A DNA stretch of 64,000 bases from an uncultured Acidobacteriota bacterium (GTDB lineage: Bacteria > Acidobacteriota > UBA6911 > RPQK01 > JAPXNP01). A program made the translations under genes and the position numbers. Below the pieces are notes generated by a model. The model made no database searches. It was given only the letters and a program-made list of their open reading frames with translations, and was not told the DNA's origin. Where the stretch lies: NCBI GenBank assembly GCA_963777605.1, contig CAVZRV010000027.1:320001-384000 (forward strand), in the 5' to 3' direction. Below, piece by piece: positions 41,691-52,974 of the stretch (positions are counted from its first letter, which is position 1; every line of letters begins with the position of its first letter).

Positions 41691-43820
41691 TCATCTGGGA
41701 AGGGCGAAGGCAATATAGGAATCTCCCGATTTTGTCCCCACCTTGCCGCCGCCCGCCGCGATTACGATGAACTGCCGTCCACCGGCTTCATAGGTAGCCG
41801 GAGTCGCATACCCACCCGCCGGCAAACTGGTTTCCCAGAGCATCTTGCCGGTCTCCTTGTCGAACGCCCGAAACTTCTCGTCTTTGGTTGCTCCAATGAA
41901 AATCAGACCTCCCGAGGTCACAACCGGTCCCCCGTAATTCTCCGTGCCGGTGATGGGGATTCCCCGTGCCGTCAATTCGGGCAACTCGCCGAGAGGAACC
42001 TGCCAGCGGATCTCACCCCGGTTCAGGTCGATCGCACTGAGCGTCCCCCAAGGGGGTTTGACCGCGGGGTAGCCGTCGGGGTCGAAGAACCGGTTGTAGC
42101 CCGTGTGACTGTATGGGATCCCCTCTACCCCCTCCTCGTCTGACGGCCGGCTCCCATCGGTCTCCTCGGTTCCGAGCAGGAAAGAGACCAGCGCCTCCTT
42201 TTCGGGTCCAGGCAGGTGGGCAAACGCCGGCATGAATCCCTTACCTCCATCGATCAACTCCATCAACCCTTTGGAATCGTACCTTTCGTGTACGGCAACC
42301 AGGGAGGGGTAAACCTGTTGTGGATCACCCTGGCGCTCGGCCCCGTGACAGACAGCACAGTTGACCGCGTAGACCTCTTCACCCAGCGACTGCATGGCCC
42401 GTCGTTTCTCCTCGAGGTCAACCATGGTGAGGATCCAGGGCATCTCGTTGGAGTTGACGTACAGAATTCCAGAGTCCGGGTCGAAGGCGGCACCGCCCCA
42501 CTCTCCGCCCCCGTCAAATCCAGGAAAGATAACGGTTCCCTGCGTACTGGGAGGAATGAACGGACGGCCTGTCCTGACCTGGCGGAGGCGTTCGAGAACC
42601 GCCCGGTGCGCCTCCTCCGAAAGATCGGTCACGTCCGATTCGGTGAAAGTCTGGCGGGCAAAGGGGGGCGGCAACTGCGGAATGGGCTGCGTCGGCCAGG
42701 CCTCTTCCCCCTTGAGGTCCGAAGAAGGAACCGGCTCCTCCTCGATGGGGAACAGCGGCTCGCCGGTCGTCCGATCGAATACGAAAACAAGGCCGGCTTT
42801 GGTGATCTGGGCCACTCCGTCCACCTTTTCCCCGTCACGCTCGATCGTGACGAGGTTCGGCGGGGCCGGCAGGTCCCGATCCCAGATGTCGTGATGAACC
42901 AACTGGTAGTGCCAGATCCGGGTGCCGGTTCGAGCGTCGAGGGCCAGCAGGCAATCAGCGAACAGGTCCGCTCCTTTGCGGTTTCCACCCCAGAAATCGA
43001 ACGCCGCCGAACCGGTCGGGACATAGACGATGCCCCGCTCGACATCGAGACTCATACCACTCCAATTGTTGGCCCCACCCGCCTGCTTCCAGGCATTTTC
43101 GGGCCACGTTTCATAGCCGAACTCGCCGGGCCGAGGGATGGTGTGGAAGACCCACTCCAGCGCACCCGTCCGGACGTTGAACGCTCGGATGTATCCGGGA
43201 GCCGAAGGTCCCGGCCCTTCACCAACGCGGGACCCCATGATGACCAGGTCGTGAAAAACAGTTCCCGGCGTGGTCGCAATGACATAGAGATCAGCCGCCC
43301 GATCACCAAGTCCCTCTCGAAGATCCACCCGGCCGTTCTTGCCGAACTCCGCAACCGGCTTTCCGGTCCGGGCATCCAGAGCGTAGAGATATATGCCGGC
43401 CGAGTAGAGAATCCTGCTTTCGTCGCCCGACTCCCAGTAGGCAACGCCGCGATTCACACCGAGCGGCTCGCGCTTGCCCTCACCCGAATCGGGTCGAAAT
43501 CGCCAAACTTCTTTGCCGGTCTGGGCGTCCAGGGCGAAGGCGTCCAACTGCGGAGAAGTGGCAAACAGGATGCCGTGAACCACGATGGGATTGCACTGAA
43601 TCTGTGATCGTCCTTCGGAGCCGGCACCACCGGATTGATAGGTCCAGGCAACCTGGAGCCGGGAGACATTTCCACGATTGATCTGGTCGAGGCGCGAGAA
43701 TTGGTTTCGCTCGGGTCCCCCTTGGTAGGAGGGCCACTCCCGACTGTTTGAAACCTCACCAGAACAACCGCTCAGCAGGCCCAAAACGGGCAAGACATAC
43801 TTCCAGCTTAGAAGTTTCAT
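41691..43820 (-). CDS. PQQ-dependent dehydrogenase (glucose/quinate/shikimate type) with inserted cytochrome c; probable lipoprotein
   Basis: LSGC lipobox; VHHDIWDRD, PPWGTLSAIDL and GYATPATY motifs; heme motif CAVCH. Confidence 0.9.
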   Translation of the reverse strand: MKLLSWKYVLPVLGLLSGCSGEVSNSREWPSYQGGPERNQFSRLDQINRGNVSRLQVAWTYQSGGAGSEGRSQIQCNPIVVHGILFATSPQLDAFALDAQTGKEVWRFRPDSGEGKREPLGVNRGVAYWESGDESRILYSAGIYLYALDARTGKPVAEFGKNGRVDLREGLGDRAADLYVIATTPGTVFHDLVIMGSRVGEGPGPSAPGYIRAFNVRTGALEWVFHTIPRPGEFGYETWPENAWKQAGGANNWSGMSLDVERGIVYVPTGSAAFDFWGGNRKGADLFADCLLALDARTGTRIWHYQLVHHDIWDRDLPAPPNLVTIERDGEKVDGVAQITKAGLVFVFDRTTGEPLFPIEEEPVPSSDLKGEEAWPTQPIPQLPPPFARQTFTESDVTDLSEEAHRAVLERLRQVRTGRPFIPPSTQGTVIFPGFDGGGEWGGAAFDPDSGILYVNSNEMPWILTMVDLEEKRRAMQSLGEEVYAVNCAVCHGAERQGDPQQVYPSLVAVHERYDSKGLMELIDGGKGFMPAFAHLPGPEKEALVSFLLGTEETDGSRPSDEEGVEGIPYSHTGYNRFFDPDGYPAVKPPWGTLSAIDLNRGEIRWQVPLGELPELTARGIPITGTENYGGPVVTSGGLIFIGATKDEKFRAFDKETGKMLWETSLPAGGYATPATYEAGGRQFIVIAAGGGKVGTKSGDSYIAFALPR

Positions 43821-44360
43821 TCTTGGAACTCCGAAGTGAGGCAGGACAACCCATGCCTCTCGAATGACCCCGGCCCAGGGTTTGGAACGAGCGTCTTTCC
43901 ACGCATTTTCAACTGGCTTATCCTTTCAGCTTCAGAGGCGTTGCCGCACCACTGAAAGGTGCCGCGACCTCTCATCGACAAAATTCATCGGATTCGCAGG
44001 TTTGCCGTGATGCCATCGAGTCTAAGCCATCGGACGGACTCAGGGAAAGGGCGGATGGGATTCCGGCAGTCGCTCGCGTTGAAAATCATTGTTTTCTTGT
44101 TCGGCTGTGGCACCACAATTGCGAAAACAAGCACTGGAATCGAAGGCTCTGTGAAGGTAACACCGACCAATTTTCATGTCTGGGAGAACTCGTTTGCTCT
44201 CAAGGTCACCCGGGATTTGATCACCCTCGGCTCTCCACTGGACCTGGATAGAGAAAGCCGGGAAGGCTCTGGGCACGGATTCAGACGGCGGACTAGAAAG
44301 GCAAGGTTTCGTGGGTTCGCCGTGAGGGTTGCAGCCTCTCCCGTTATAATGGGTAGGAAC

Positions 44361-45974
44361 ATGTTTTCTCTTAAACCAGTCGTGCCCGGATTCCGAGGCT
44401 CCATCCAGGAAATCACAGAACTGCTTTCCATCGTGGACCTCCAGTACTTCGAAACTGTCGTTCTACCCGAATACCTGCAGCGGTGCCGCTGGTTCGGCGG
44501 GAAGACCCGCCGTCTTCGGGCAGTCCACGTGGCCGACACCTGCTTTCTCGATGGAGGCCCAACTGCCCTTTGTTTCATCGAGGTGGACTACCTGGACGGA
44601 GAGCCGGAGTACTACTCGCTTCCCCTGATGATCACGAAGAACACGGCAGCAACAGCTGAGCCGGGTTCCCACGACTGGAAGATCGCTTCCTGTTCCGATA
44701 CCGAAGACCTTGTCCTTTGCGAGGCCACCGGGTCCGACGCCTTTCAAGCCGGGCTCTTTCACCTCTTCGCGGAAGCGACTACCGGGACCGGCCGAGGCCG
44801 GGTCGAGGCCTCCATCGATCGCGACGATCTCTCCTGGGATCATTGTCCTGCGACCCGACGCCTCCTCGGGGCCGAGCAGAGCAACAGCTCGGTGCTGTAT
44901 GGGAACCGCCTGCTCGTGAAATTGCTCCGAAGGCTACGCCCCGGAATCAATCCGGAAGTCGAAGTCGGAAGGGTGCTATCCCGCCAACGATTTCGACACA
45001 GTGCCCGCTTGATCGGTGACCTGGAGTACGACTCCGGTTCCGACTTGCGGTGCACCCTCGCCGTCGCCCAGGAGTTTGTACCGAACCGGGGAGACGCCTG
45101 GGAGTTCACGCTGCGGCAACTTGAAGGTTTCTACGACCGGGTGACAGTGGCCCGGGAACCCACCCCCGGGCACCCGGATCCAGTCACCAGCTCAGACCCG
45201 CCTGCCCCATCGCCCCGGGACCGCAAGCTGGTCGGACTCCCCTTGGAGCAGGGCGCCCTGCTGGGCAGGCGCACGGCCCAATTGCACCGCGCCCTCGCTG
45301 CCGAAACGGATTGGCCAGGGTTTCTCCCGGAACCGGTTGACAACGCTTTCAGGTCCCGGTTCCATGAAGCAGTCTCAGGGAGTCTGGCTGCGAGCCGGGC
45401 CGATCTGGAACGACTCGGCAACGGCCTGGCACCGGCCACTGTCGATCGGGTCCGAACCCTGATCCGGCGCTGGGACAGACTGAATGCGCCCATCGATCAA
45501 CTCCGAGAAAGCGACCTCTCCGCTGCACGAATCCGAATCCACGGGGACTTCCACCTCGGACAGGTGCTGGTCCAGGATGGCGATTTCGTCATCATCGACT
45601 TTGAAGGTGAGCCACTTCGCCCAGTCGAGGAACGACGGGAGAAGAAGCTCGCACTGACCGACGTCGCCGGGATGCTCCGGTCCTTTCAGTACGCGGCGTG
45701 TGCAGCCCTGCTTCGGCGTTCACCGCCCAGTTCCGCGAGCGATTTGATGCCATGGGCACGCTACTGGGCAAATCAGGTTTCCTGCGTCTACTTGCGAGCC
45801 TACCTGGAGGAGTCGAAGGGGGCGTCATTCCTTCCCTCGAGTTCAGGCGAAACCGACCTCTTGCTTCGATGCTGCCTGATCGACAAGGCACTCTACGAAC
45901 TGCGATACGAACTCAACAATCGGCCTTCATGGGTCGACATCCCTCTCGAGGGACTCCTTGGCCTCGCCGCGTAG
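44361..45974 (+). CDS. Maltokinase (Mak/Pep2, TreS-associated kinase)
   Basis: RWFGGK, AEQSNSS, RIHGDFHLGQVL, IIDFEGEP, DVAGMLRSF and KALYELRYELNNRP motifs. Confidence 0.88.
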   Translation: MFSLKPVVPGFRGSIQEITELLSIVDLQYFETVVLPEYLQRCRWFGGKTRRLRAVHVADTCFLDGGPTALCFIEVDYLDGEPEYYSLPLMITKNTAATAEPGSHDWKIASCSDTEDLVLCEATGSDAFQAGLFHLFAEATTGTGRGRVEASIDRDDLSWDHCPATRRLLGAEQSNSSVLYGNRLLVKLLRRLRPGINPEVEVGRVLSRQRFRHSARLIGDLEYDSGSDLRCTLAVAQEFVPNRGDAWEFTLRQLEGFYDRVTVAREPTPGHPDPVTSSDPPAPSPRDRKLVGLPLEQGALLGRRTAQLHRALAAETDWPGFLPEPVDNAFRSRFHEAVSGSLAASRADLERLGNGLAPATVDRVRTLIRRWDRLNAPIDQLRESDLSAARIRIHGDFHLGQVLVQDGDFVIIDFEGEPLRPVEERREKKLALTDVAGMLRSFQYAACAALLRRSPPSSASDLMPWARYWANQVSCVYLRAYLEESKGASFLPSSSGETDLLLRCCLIDKALYELRYELNNRPSWVDIPLEGLLGLAA

Positions 45975-46034
45975 CGTCCTGCCGGGCTGGCAACAAGAGA
46001 GCCGAGCCATGGCTGGTTCGGCACGGTTCCGAGC

Positions 46035-46589
46035 CTACTGTATCGAGTAGCGCCACAAGGACCGATTCAGGAGCCTGCCCCAATCGTCATCGTAGGGATG
46101 GACCGCGGAGACCTCCCGGCCGTCACGGAAGACCGGCCTGCCCTCGTTGGCCCATTTGAAAATCGAGCCCTCAAGATTGTAGACATTGGTGAAGCCGGCC
46201 TCCATCAACTGATCGGCCAGCCGGGAGGATCGATAGCCGACGGAGCAGTAGACAACGATAAATGCATCGCGATCCGGGGTACTACTCTCCACTTCAGCGA
46301 CGCTCTCGGCCCTCTTCGCGCCCTGGAGATGGCTTACCGCATATTCCTCCTCTGATCGGCTGTCGATCAGAATCGGTACCTTCCCCTGCGGTTCTTGCAG
46401 GTCAGCCGCGAGCTTCTCAGTCGAAAGTTGCCGGACCTCCGGATACCGGGAGCGGATCTGCTGGAGAAGGTCACTCCATTGCGGCTCGCTTCCTCCCTCA
46501 CAGGACACAACCGCAATGATACTCAGGGCCATCGTGAGCCAGAACACAGTGTGTTTCAATAGCGTCCCTTTCGCCGGCAGATTTTCCAT
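46035..46589 (-). CDS. Rhodanese-like domain protein, exported
   Basis: IDSRSEEEYAVSHLQGA, VVYCSVGYRS and NLEGSIFKW motifs. Confidence 0.88.
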   Translation of the reverse strand: MENLPAKGTLLKHTVFWLTMALSIIAVVSCEGGSEPQWSDLLQQIRSRYPEVRQLSTEKLAADLQEPQGKVPILIDSRSEEEYAVSHLQGAKRAESVAEVESSTPDRDAFIVVYCSVGYRSSRLADQLMEAGFTNVYNLEGSIFKWANEGRPVFRDGREVSAVHPYDDDWGRLLNRSLWRYSIQ

Positions 46590-47368
46590 CAGCAAGAGAT
46601 TACACCAGAGAGGTAATCGACCGCCGATCCCGTGATCAACACGCGCTCTCCGTCGTCCTGGCAGATGAGGTCGCCGCCCCGGGACGAAATCTGCCTGGCC
46701 CGGAGCCTCGACTTGCCGAGGCGCTTCGCCCAGTAGGGGGTCAACGTACAGTGAGCAGAGCCGGTGACCGGATCCTCCGGAACGCCGACCCCGGGAGCGA
46801 AGAAGCGGGATACGAAGTCAACCGAATCTCCGGGCGCCGTAGCAATAATGGCAAAAACGCCGAGCCGCAGGATTCTCTCAAAGTCAGGCCGGAGAGCCGC
46901 CACGTCCGCTTCGGACTCGAAAACCGCCATGAAGTCCCTTGCTTCGTGGGCTTCCCCCGGCTGCCCGCCAAGCGCCTCGGCGAGTTCGGCGGTCACCACC
47001 GCAGGGCGAGGGGGGCGAGCCGGGAAATCAAGCCTGTATCCCTCCTGTGTTTGATCCACCGCCAAACGGCCGCTACGGGTCGAAAACTGGATCCGTTCGC
47101 CCCGCACACGGCCGCGGCTGAAAAGCACGTGAGCGGCCGCCAGCGTGGCGTGTCCGCACAGGTCCACCTCGGAAACCGGTGTAAACCAGCGCAGGTCAAA
47201 ACCATCCGGCGACTCGAGAACGAAAGCCGTCTCCGAAAGATTGTTCTCGGCAGCTACAGCCTGCAAAATGGGATCATCCACGGCTTCGGTCAAAAGCACG
47301 ACGGCAGCAGGATTCCCGCGGAAAACACGGTCGGTAAACGCATCGACCTGGAAAATCAGAAGTTCCAT
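46589..47368 (-). CDS. PhzF family epimerase/isomerase
   Basis: VDAF..GNPAAV, NLSETAF, EVDLCGHATLA and EDPVTGSAH motifs. Confidence 0.93.
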   Translation of the reverse strand: MELLIFQVDAFTDRVFRGNPAAVVLLTEAVDDPILQAVAAENNLSETAFVLESPDGFDLRWFTPVSEVDLCGHATLAAAHVLFSRGRVRGERIQFSTRSGRLAVDQTQEGYRLDFPARPPRPAVVTAELAEALGGQPGEAHEARDFMAVFESEADVAALRPDFERILRLGVFAIIATAPGDSVDFVSRFFAPGVGVPEDPVTGSAHCTLTPYWAKRLGKSRLRARQISSRGGDLICQDDGERVLITGSAVDYLSGVISC

Positions 47369-47440
47369 GGGCCCTTATCCTGCCACTCGAGTGCATCGGC
47401 GGCAAGAGAGCCCGAAGGGCCTCTGCATTCCCGTTGAAGC

Positions 47441-48409
47441 CTAACGACGTTCGACGTCGATGCTGCCACCCGATGTCCGCAGTGTCAGGCGGAGCCCACC
47501 ACCGTTGATGGATCCGCTCACTTTCGACTTCCCTACCGTTCCGACAACCGAAACCGGGATGTCGGTCTGGACGTTCCCACCCGAGGCCTCGGCGTCAAGT
47601 GTCAGTCTGATGTCCTCCGGAACTGCAACAGTCACGTTTCCTCCTGATGTACCCAGGTAGCAGTCACCGGACGGCTGACGGGTCAAAGTCGCGTGAACGG
47701 ACCCACCCGAGGTGCGGGCATCGACGGTACCGAAAGCGCCGTCCAGGTCGATATTGCCGCCTGAAGTGGAGACCTTTGCCTTGCCCCGCACTTCGCGCGC
47801 CTCGATGGACCCGCCGGAAGTCTCAGCGTCGAGATCACCAGCCACGTCCCCAACCGAGATGGAGCCCCCTGAGGTCGAAAGACGGGCATCACGCGTTGAA
47901 CCGGCCAGCTCGATCCCGCCGCCGGACGTTTCACCCAGAACTGTCCCGTTGATGTGACCGATCCGAATATTTCCTCCGGAGGTCCGGCTTTGAACGTCCC
48001 CAGACAGGTCGGCAACCGAGATCCCTCCGCCGGACGTTTCAAGGTCCGCATTGAAGACCTCAGGCACCTGCACATCGATCAAAATTCCCCGGTTCCCCCA
48101 GCTAAACCATGACGAAATCTTTCGCCGAACCTGGATATGGACGATCACCTCGTTGCCTGACTGCTGAACATCTACCGAATAATCACGGTCGAAATCTTCC
48201 TCAGACCAGCCCGGTGCCGAAATCGAAACGTCAACGGTGGGACTCGCGTGAACGTCAACAGAGATCACGGAACGTTCCGCCCGGACTTTGAGAAGGCCAC
48301 CCGGACTGACGTTGAAACTCTTCTCTAGATCGACCGCCCCATAGAGTCCGCTTGAAACGATAACTACCATAAACACCAAGGTTGTACCCAGAATCGATCT
48401 CCGCTTCAT
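47441..48409 (-). CDS. DUF4097 family beta-strand repeat protein
   Basis: Signal peptide; repeated TSGGxI units. Confidence 0.85.
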   Translation of the reverse strand: MKRRSILGTTLVFMVVIVSSGLYGAVDLEKSFNVSPGGLLKVRAERSVISVDVHASPTVDVSISAPGWSEEDFDRDYSVDVQQSGNEVIVHIQVRRKISSWFSWGNRGILIDVQVPEVFNADLETSGGGISVADLSGDVQSRTSGGNIRIGHINGTVLGETSGGGIELAGSTRDARLSTSGGSISVGDVAGDLDAETSGGSIEAREVRGKAKVSTSGGNIDLDGAFGTVDARTSGGSVHATLTRQPSGDCYLGTSGGNVTVAVPEDIRLTLDAEASGGNVQTDIPVSVVGTVGKSKVSGSINGGGLRLTLRTSGGSIDVERR

Positions 48410-48533
48410 GACGTTGCCTCCCATCAAAACTCCTCAAGATCTGCCGTCAAGAGACAAGAACGCAGAAAACGGACCGGAAGTTCACTGCCGGCTCAGGATG
48501 TCTTTCGCCGGGTTGAACGATAGAATCATCTAT

Positions 48534-49467
48534 ATGGAGATGCGAACACTTGGAAAGACGGAACTTGAAGTATCGGCAATGGGTTTTGGGGGCGCTCCGA
48601 TCGGCTACCTTGATGAAACTGCCGATCGGGCTCGGCGGGTCCTCGAACGACTGCTGGATGGCGGAGTCAACCTGGTGGACACGGCAGCCTGCTATCCCGG
48701 CTCTGAAGCGCTCATTGCCAAGGCAATAGGACATCGCCGCAAGGACTACGTGCTGGTCACCAAGTGCGGACATCGGTGCAGAAGATATCGACGCCCCCGA
48801 GTGGTCGCCCGAGTTAATCGAGGAAAGTATCAATCGATCGCTGCGGCTTCTGGAGACCGACTATATCGACGTCGTCTTGCTCCACTCCTGCGAACGGGAA
48901 GTCCTCCAGCAGGGTGACGCGATCGGTGCGCTGGTCCGGGCCCGGGACGCCGGCAAAGTACACTTCATTGGATACTCGGGTGACAATGAGACCGCTGCTT
49001 ACGCGATGTCCATTCCCGAACTCGCAGTACTCGAGACCTCCGTCAACATCTGCGACCAGGCGAACATCGACATTTCGCTGCCCGCCGCCGTCGCCAATGG
49101 AGCCGGGGTTCTGGCGAAGCGGCCGTTGGCCAATGCCGCCTGGAAAGCCGCTTCCCTTCAGAGAGGAATCTACCGAAACTACTCCGAACCCTACTCGGCG
49201 CGTCTGGCACTGATGCACCTTGATCCGTCCACTCTCGGATTCCGTGGCCTGCACGACGAGGAACTGCAACGGATCGCGCTTCGCTTCACGACCAGCGTGC
49301 CAGGTGTTAACTGCGTGCTCGTGGGCACGACGAATCCGGCTCACGTCGAAACCAATCTGAAAGTGATCGAAGAGGGTCCCCTCCCCGAAAACGTCTACGC
49401 GGCAGTACGGCAAGCGTTCTCGGAAGCCGAGTCCAAGGCCGATACCAGGTGGCGCGGTCTGACCTGA
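48534..49467 (+). CDS. Aldo/keto reductase, frameshifted near 48774
   Basis: LGKTELEVSAMGFG, DTAACY and LVTKCG, continuing in another frame as SINRSLRLLETDYIDVVLLHS and GKVHFIGYS. Confidence 0.85.
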
Positions 49468-49505
49468 GGGTTGAGGAAGGCGCTCATTTCAGGCAAGCTT
49501 GGCTC

Positions 49506-49835
49506 ATGAAGCTGGTGATCGGAGGCGCTCTGGGGCTTGCGGTGGTGGTTCTCGTGGGCGGGTGGCTGGGCTACTCGGCAGCGGGGGGGCTGGTTTCCCT
49601 GGTCAGCAGCGTGTGCGTCGCTGGCCTCCTGGTCATCTTCGCGAACTTTTCGCGCCGGGCGGTCAAGTATGAGTACGCCACCATCGTTGTGAACTTTCTC
49701 GTTGCGATCTACTTCGCTTATCGAATGATTGCCAGTGAGCGGTTCATCCCCAGTGGAATTCTGCTGGTAGTCTCCTTCTTCTTTCTGTTCTTGATGCTGT
49801 TGGGGATCTTCCTGGACCTCAGCCGCGCCAAGTAG
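49506..49835 (+). CDS. Small 4-TM membrane protein, TMEM14-like
   Basis: GGWLGYSAAGGLVSL and RFIPSG segments; hydrophobic throughout. Confidence 0.6.
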   Translation: MKLVIGGALGLAVVVLVGGWLGYSAAGGLVSLVSSVCVAGLLVIFANFSRRAVKYEYATIVVNFLVAIYFAYRMIASERFIPSGILLVVSFFFLFLMLLGIFLDLSRAK

Positions 49836-49839
49836 CGAT

Positions 49840-51450
49840 TCAGATCACTTCGTCGGGATAGTCACCCATTACGATCACTCGCCGGAACGGTTCCCTGCCC
49901 CGGCTCTCGGACCTCAGTCCGTGCTCTTGAATCAACTCGTGCTGAAGACGACGATGGTAGGAATTCTGCGGTGAGAGTTCGATGGAGTGACTACCGCGCT
50001 GAACCTGGACGATGGCATCTTCGGCCTGGTTCAGCACCACGTCCAGCAGTTCCTGTTCCGGATCCTGATTCGACCGGCTTGGAAAGTGCTCCTGGAGGAA
50101 GAACTCGATCTGCGAAAGGGTATTGCTCTTGATCGTGAAGAATTCCACGCCCTGGTCGAGGGCCTGTTGAAGCTTTTTGGGCTCTTTTCTTCGCTGGGCC
50201 TTCAAGCTGAGCACGACGTCGGCGTTGATCGGCTGATCGGTGATCTTGACCGGACTGCGGAGGGCGCGGATGGCCTTGTCCAGCCGGCTCCGGCTGATCC
50301 CAATCGGGTAAATCCGGACCGGCCGTCGCAACCGCCCTCGCGAGTAGGGAGAGGAGCCCCGTCCCGCCGCAGGCATCCGGGTTCCATTCTCATCAGACGG
50401 CGACTCCACTGGGGCGGGCTGACTTTCGACGTGAAAGGTACCGCCGAGGTCCCGGATGCGCACCTCGGGCTGAACCGGCCGGCCAGCCAGGTGACGATCG
50501 ACTACCCATCCGATTTCAGGATAAATGGCGAGCCGATTTCGGTCCTGAATCTCAACCAGAATGTCGAATGTAGGTGGTGCCTTCCGCTCCAGGATCGTTT
50601 TCTGAGTTCCTCTCCTCCGTGCCTCGTCGTCCCCGAGAGTAACCGGCTGGATGCCGCCGACGAGGTCGGAGAGGGTTGGATTCATGATCAGGTTGTCCAG
50701 GGTGATTCCGTGAGCAGTAGCGACCAGCTGGACGCCCCTCTCGGCGATAGTGCGGGCTGCGGCCGCTTCCCGCTCGTTGCCGATCTCGTCAATCACGATG
50801 ACTTCGGGCATGTGGTTCTCGACCGCCTCGATCATGACCGCGTGCTGCAGTTCGGGAGCCGGAACCTGCATCCTGCGGGCGTGCCCAATCGCCGGGTGAG
50901 GCACGTCGCCGTCTCCGGCGATCTCATTGGAGGTATCGACCACCACCACGCGCTTGTCCAACTCATCCGCCAGAACACGGGCCGCTTCCCGCAAGAGAGT
51001 CGTCTTGCCTACTCCCGGCGGGCCCAGCAAAAGGAGGCTTTCACCACGCTCGATGACATCACGAATGATATCGACCGTGCCGGTGATAGCCCTCCCGGCG
51101 CGGCAGGTAAGGCCCACCACCTCACCGTGCCGGTTCCGCATGGCGCTGATCCGGTGCAGCGTTCTCTCTATTCCGGCCCGGTTGTCCCCCGTGAAGGACC
51201 CCACCCGGCCGACAACGTGATCCAGGTCTTCCCGGGTGACCTCGAACTCCTCAAAGTAGACGACCCGTCCCGGAAATCGGGCTTCCGGTGGGCGCCCCAA
51301 ATCGAGGACGAACTCGATCAACTCGGCAATACCGTCCTCCTGATCGAGGACGCTCCGGATATGGACCGGCAGGATGTCGAGCAGAAGAAAGAGCTCATCC
51401 GTGACCTCTCCCCGATTACTCTTTGGCAAAGGTTTGGTTCCCTGTGGCAT
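49840..51450 (-). CDS. Ycf45/SpoIIIAA-like AAA ATPase with C-terminal R3H domain
   Basis: [46 protein letters not shown] and RRLQH motifs. Confidence 0.9.
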   Translation of the reverse strand: MPQGTKPLPKSNRGEVTDELFLLLDILPVHIRSVLDQEDGIAELIEFVLDLGRPPEARFPGRVVYFEEFEVTREDLDHVVGRVGSFTGDNRAGIERTLHRISAMRNRHGEVVGLTCRAGRAITGTVDIIRDVIERGESLLLLGPPGVGKTTLLREAARVLADELDKRVVVVDTSNEIAGDGDVPHPAIGHARRMQVPAPELQHAVMIEAVENHMPEVIVIDEIGNEREAAAARTIAERGVQLVATAHGITLDNLIMNPTLSDLVGGIQPVTLGDDEARRRGTQKTILERKAPPTFDILVEIQDRNRLAIYPEIGWVVDRHLAGRPVQPEVRIRDLGGTFHVESQPAPVESPSDENGTRMPAAGRGSSPYSRGRLRRPVRIYPIGISRSRLDKAIRALRSPVKITDQPINADVVLSLKAQRRKEPKKLQQALDQGVEFFTIKSNTLSQIEFFLQEHFPSRSNQDPEQELLDVVLNQAEDAIVQVQRGSHSIELSPQNSYHRRLQHELIQEHGLRSESRGREPFRRVIVMGDYPDEVI

Positions 51451-51489
51451 TCGTTTACAGCCACTATCTTATCAGGCGACGGGGCGCCA

Positions 51490-52830
51490 TCACTTGGCCC
51501 CGACTATCTCCAGAACCGTTGCAGTCATGGCCCGAATCCCGGTCCGCAGGGTCGGCTCCGGATCGGGGGCGAACTGGCTGGAGTGAAGCGGTGGCAGCGC
51601 TAATCCACCGTCCTGGGAGGCTGCTTCCACGCGGGCCGGGTTGACCGCTCCCAGCCAGAAAATGCAGGTTGGGATCTCGTCGTTGAGACGGTAGCGTGAA
51701 AAATCCTCGCCCGCCATGACCGGATCAACCTCGACAACGTTCGCCTCACCCAGTTCGCTCTTCCAGACCGGAACGAGGCGCTTGACCAGATCGGGGTCGT
51801 TATACGTGGACGGCGTGTATTCGCCTTCCGAAATGGAAACGACGGGAGCCAGATTGTCTGGAATCCCGGCAGCCTGGGCGGTTCCCGCAGCGATACGCCG
51901 AATCGAGTCGAGCACGATCTTCCGGACTTCCGGCTTGTAAGTGCGCACCGTCAACTGCAAATCGACGAAGTCGGGGATAACGTTGTGTTTGGCCCCGCCG
52001 TGAATGGATCCAACCGTGACCACGGCCGGTTCGAGCGGTGAAACCGTCCGGCTGACGATCGTCTGAAGGGCCAGCACGATTTGGGCGGCCAGCACGACCG
52101 GGTCCTTGGTCCGGTGCGGGTAGGCACCGTGCCCGCCCATTCCACGTACGCGAATGTCAACCGAATCGACGCTGGCCAGCACGAATCCGGGCCGATATCC
52201 GATCTTTCCGGCCGGCAGATCGGCCGAGACATGCAGTGCCAGGGCGTAGTCAGGACGAGGGAACCGCTCGTAAAGGCCGTCGCTCAGCATGGCCAGGGCT
52301 CCCGCCCCCCGCTCCTCAGCCGGCTGCCCGATCATGACGAGCGTTCCCTTCCAGTCGTCCCTGTTCTGGGAGAGAACTTTGGCGGTACCGAGGAAAACCG
52401 ACATGTGCATGTCGTGCCCACAGGCGTGCATCACGCCCGTCTCGACCCCTTGCTCGGTGCGAACCTTTACGGCGCTCGAGTAGTCCACCCCGGTCTTCTC
52501 GTCTACCGGCAACGCATCCATATCTGTCCGAACCATCACCGTGGGACCATCTCCGTTCTTCAAGACACCGACAACTCCGAACGCCAGCGCTGCCTGGTCC
52601 CGGTAACGACCAACGTGCTGGGTTACCTCGAAGCCATAATTCTCGAGGTACCGGGCCACCAATTGAGAGGTCTTCTCCTCCTGGTAGGAGAGTTCAGGGC
52701 TCCGGTGGAGCCCCTTGTACAGCTCAACCAGTTCCTTCAGATCAACGGACGATGGCTCCGTCAACCCTGCGGCCGCAACCCAACTTAGAGAAGCCAGCAG
52801 GATCGAACACGCGATAATCAGCCTTCTCAT
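51490..52830 (-). CDS. M20 family amidohydrolase with signal peptide
   Basis: LHRSPELS, RTDMDALP, MHACGHD, QPAEE and GEDF motifs. Confidence 0.92.
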   Translation of the reverse strand: MRRLIIACSILLASLSWVAAAGLTEPSSVDLKELVELYKGLHRSPELSYQEEKTSQLVARYLENYGFEVTQHVGRYRDQAALAFGVVGVLKNGDGPTVMVRTDMDALPVDEKTGVDYSSAVKVRTEQGVETGVMHACGHDMHMSVFLGTAKVLSQNRDDWKGTLVMIGQPAEERGAGALAMLSDGLYERFPRPDYALALHVSADLPAGKIGYRPGFVLASVDSVDIRVRGMGGHGAYPHRTKDPVVLAAQIVLALQTIVSRTVSPLEPAVVTVGSIHGGAKHNVIPDFVDLQLTVRTYKPEVRKIVLDSIRRIAAGTAQAAGIPDNLAPVVSISEGEYTPSTYNDPDLVKRLVPVWKSELGEANVVEVDPVMAGEDFSRYRLNDEIPTCIFWLGAVNPARVEAASQDGGLALPPLHSSQFAPDPEPTLRTGIRAMTATVLEIVGAK

Positions 52831-52974
52831 CAAAGCTACTCCCATTCGGCGAAGGCACAACCGGACCACCATCGATCGGATCGTGCGCAGTAAGGACGAA
52901 TCCCATCACTATAGCAGGAGAGAGGAAGGTTCCTCCTCAACTCAACGAATCTGGAATAATACAGTCACTCAACC

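Noticed and set aside
43959-44360. N-terminal extension of maltokinase or small ORFs in this gap
   Set aside because: TATAAT at 44345 precedes ATG 44361 and the upstream translation has no family features
47500-48050. Repeated DNA motifs in the DUF4097 gene
   Set aside because: Explained by the TSGG protein repeats
49987-51603. 538-aa plus-strand ORF (and similar long antisense ORFs at 7131-8735, 40161-41642, 42216-43607 and 58103-59497)
   Set aside because: Antisense shadows of well-supported genes
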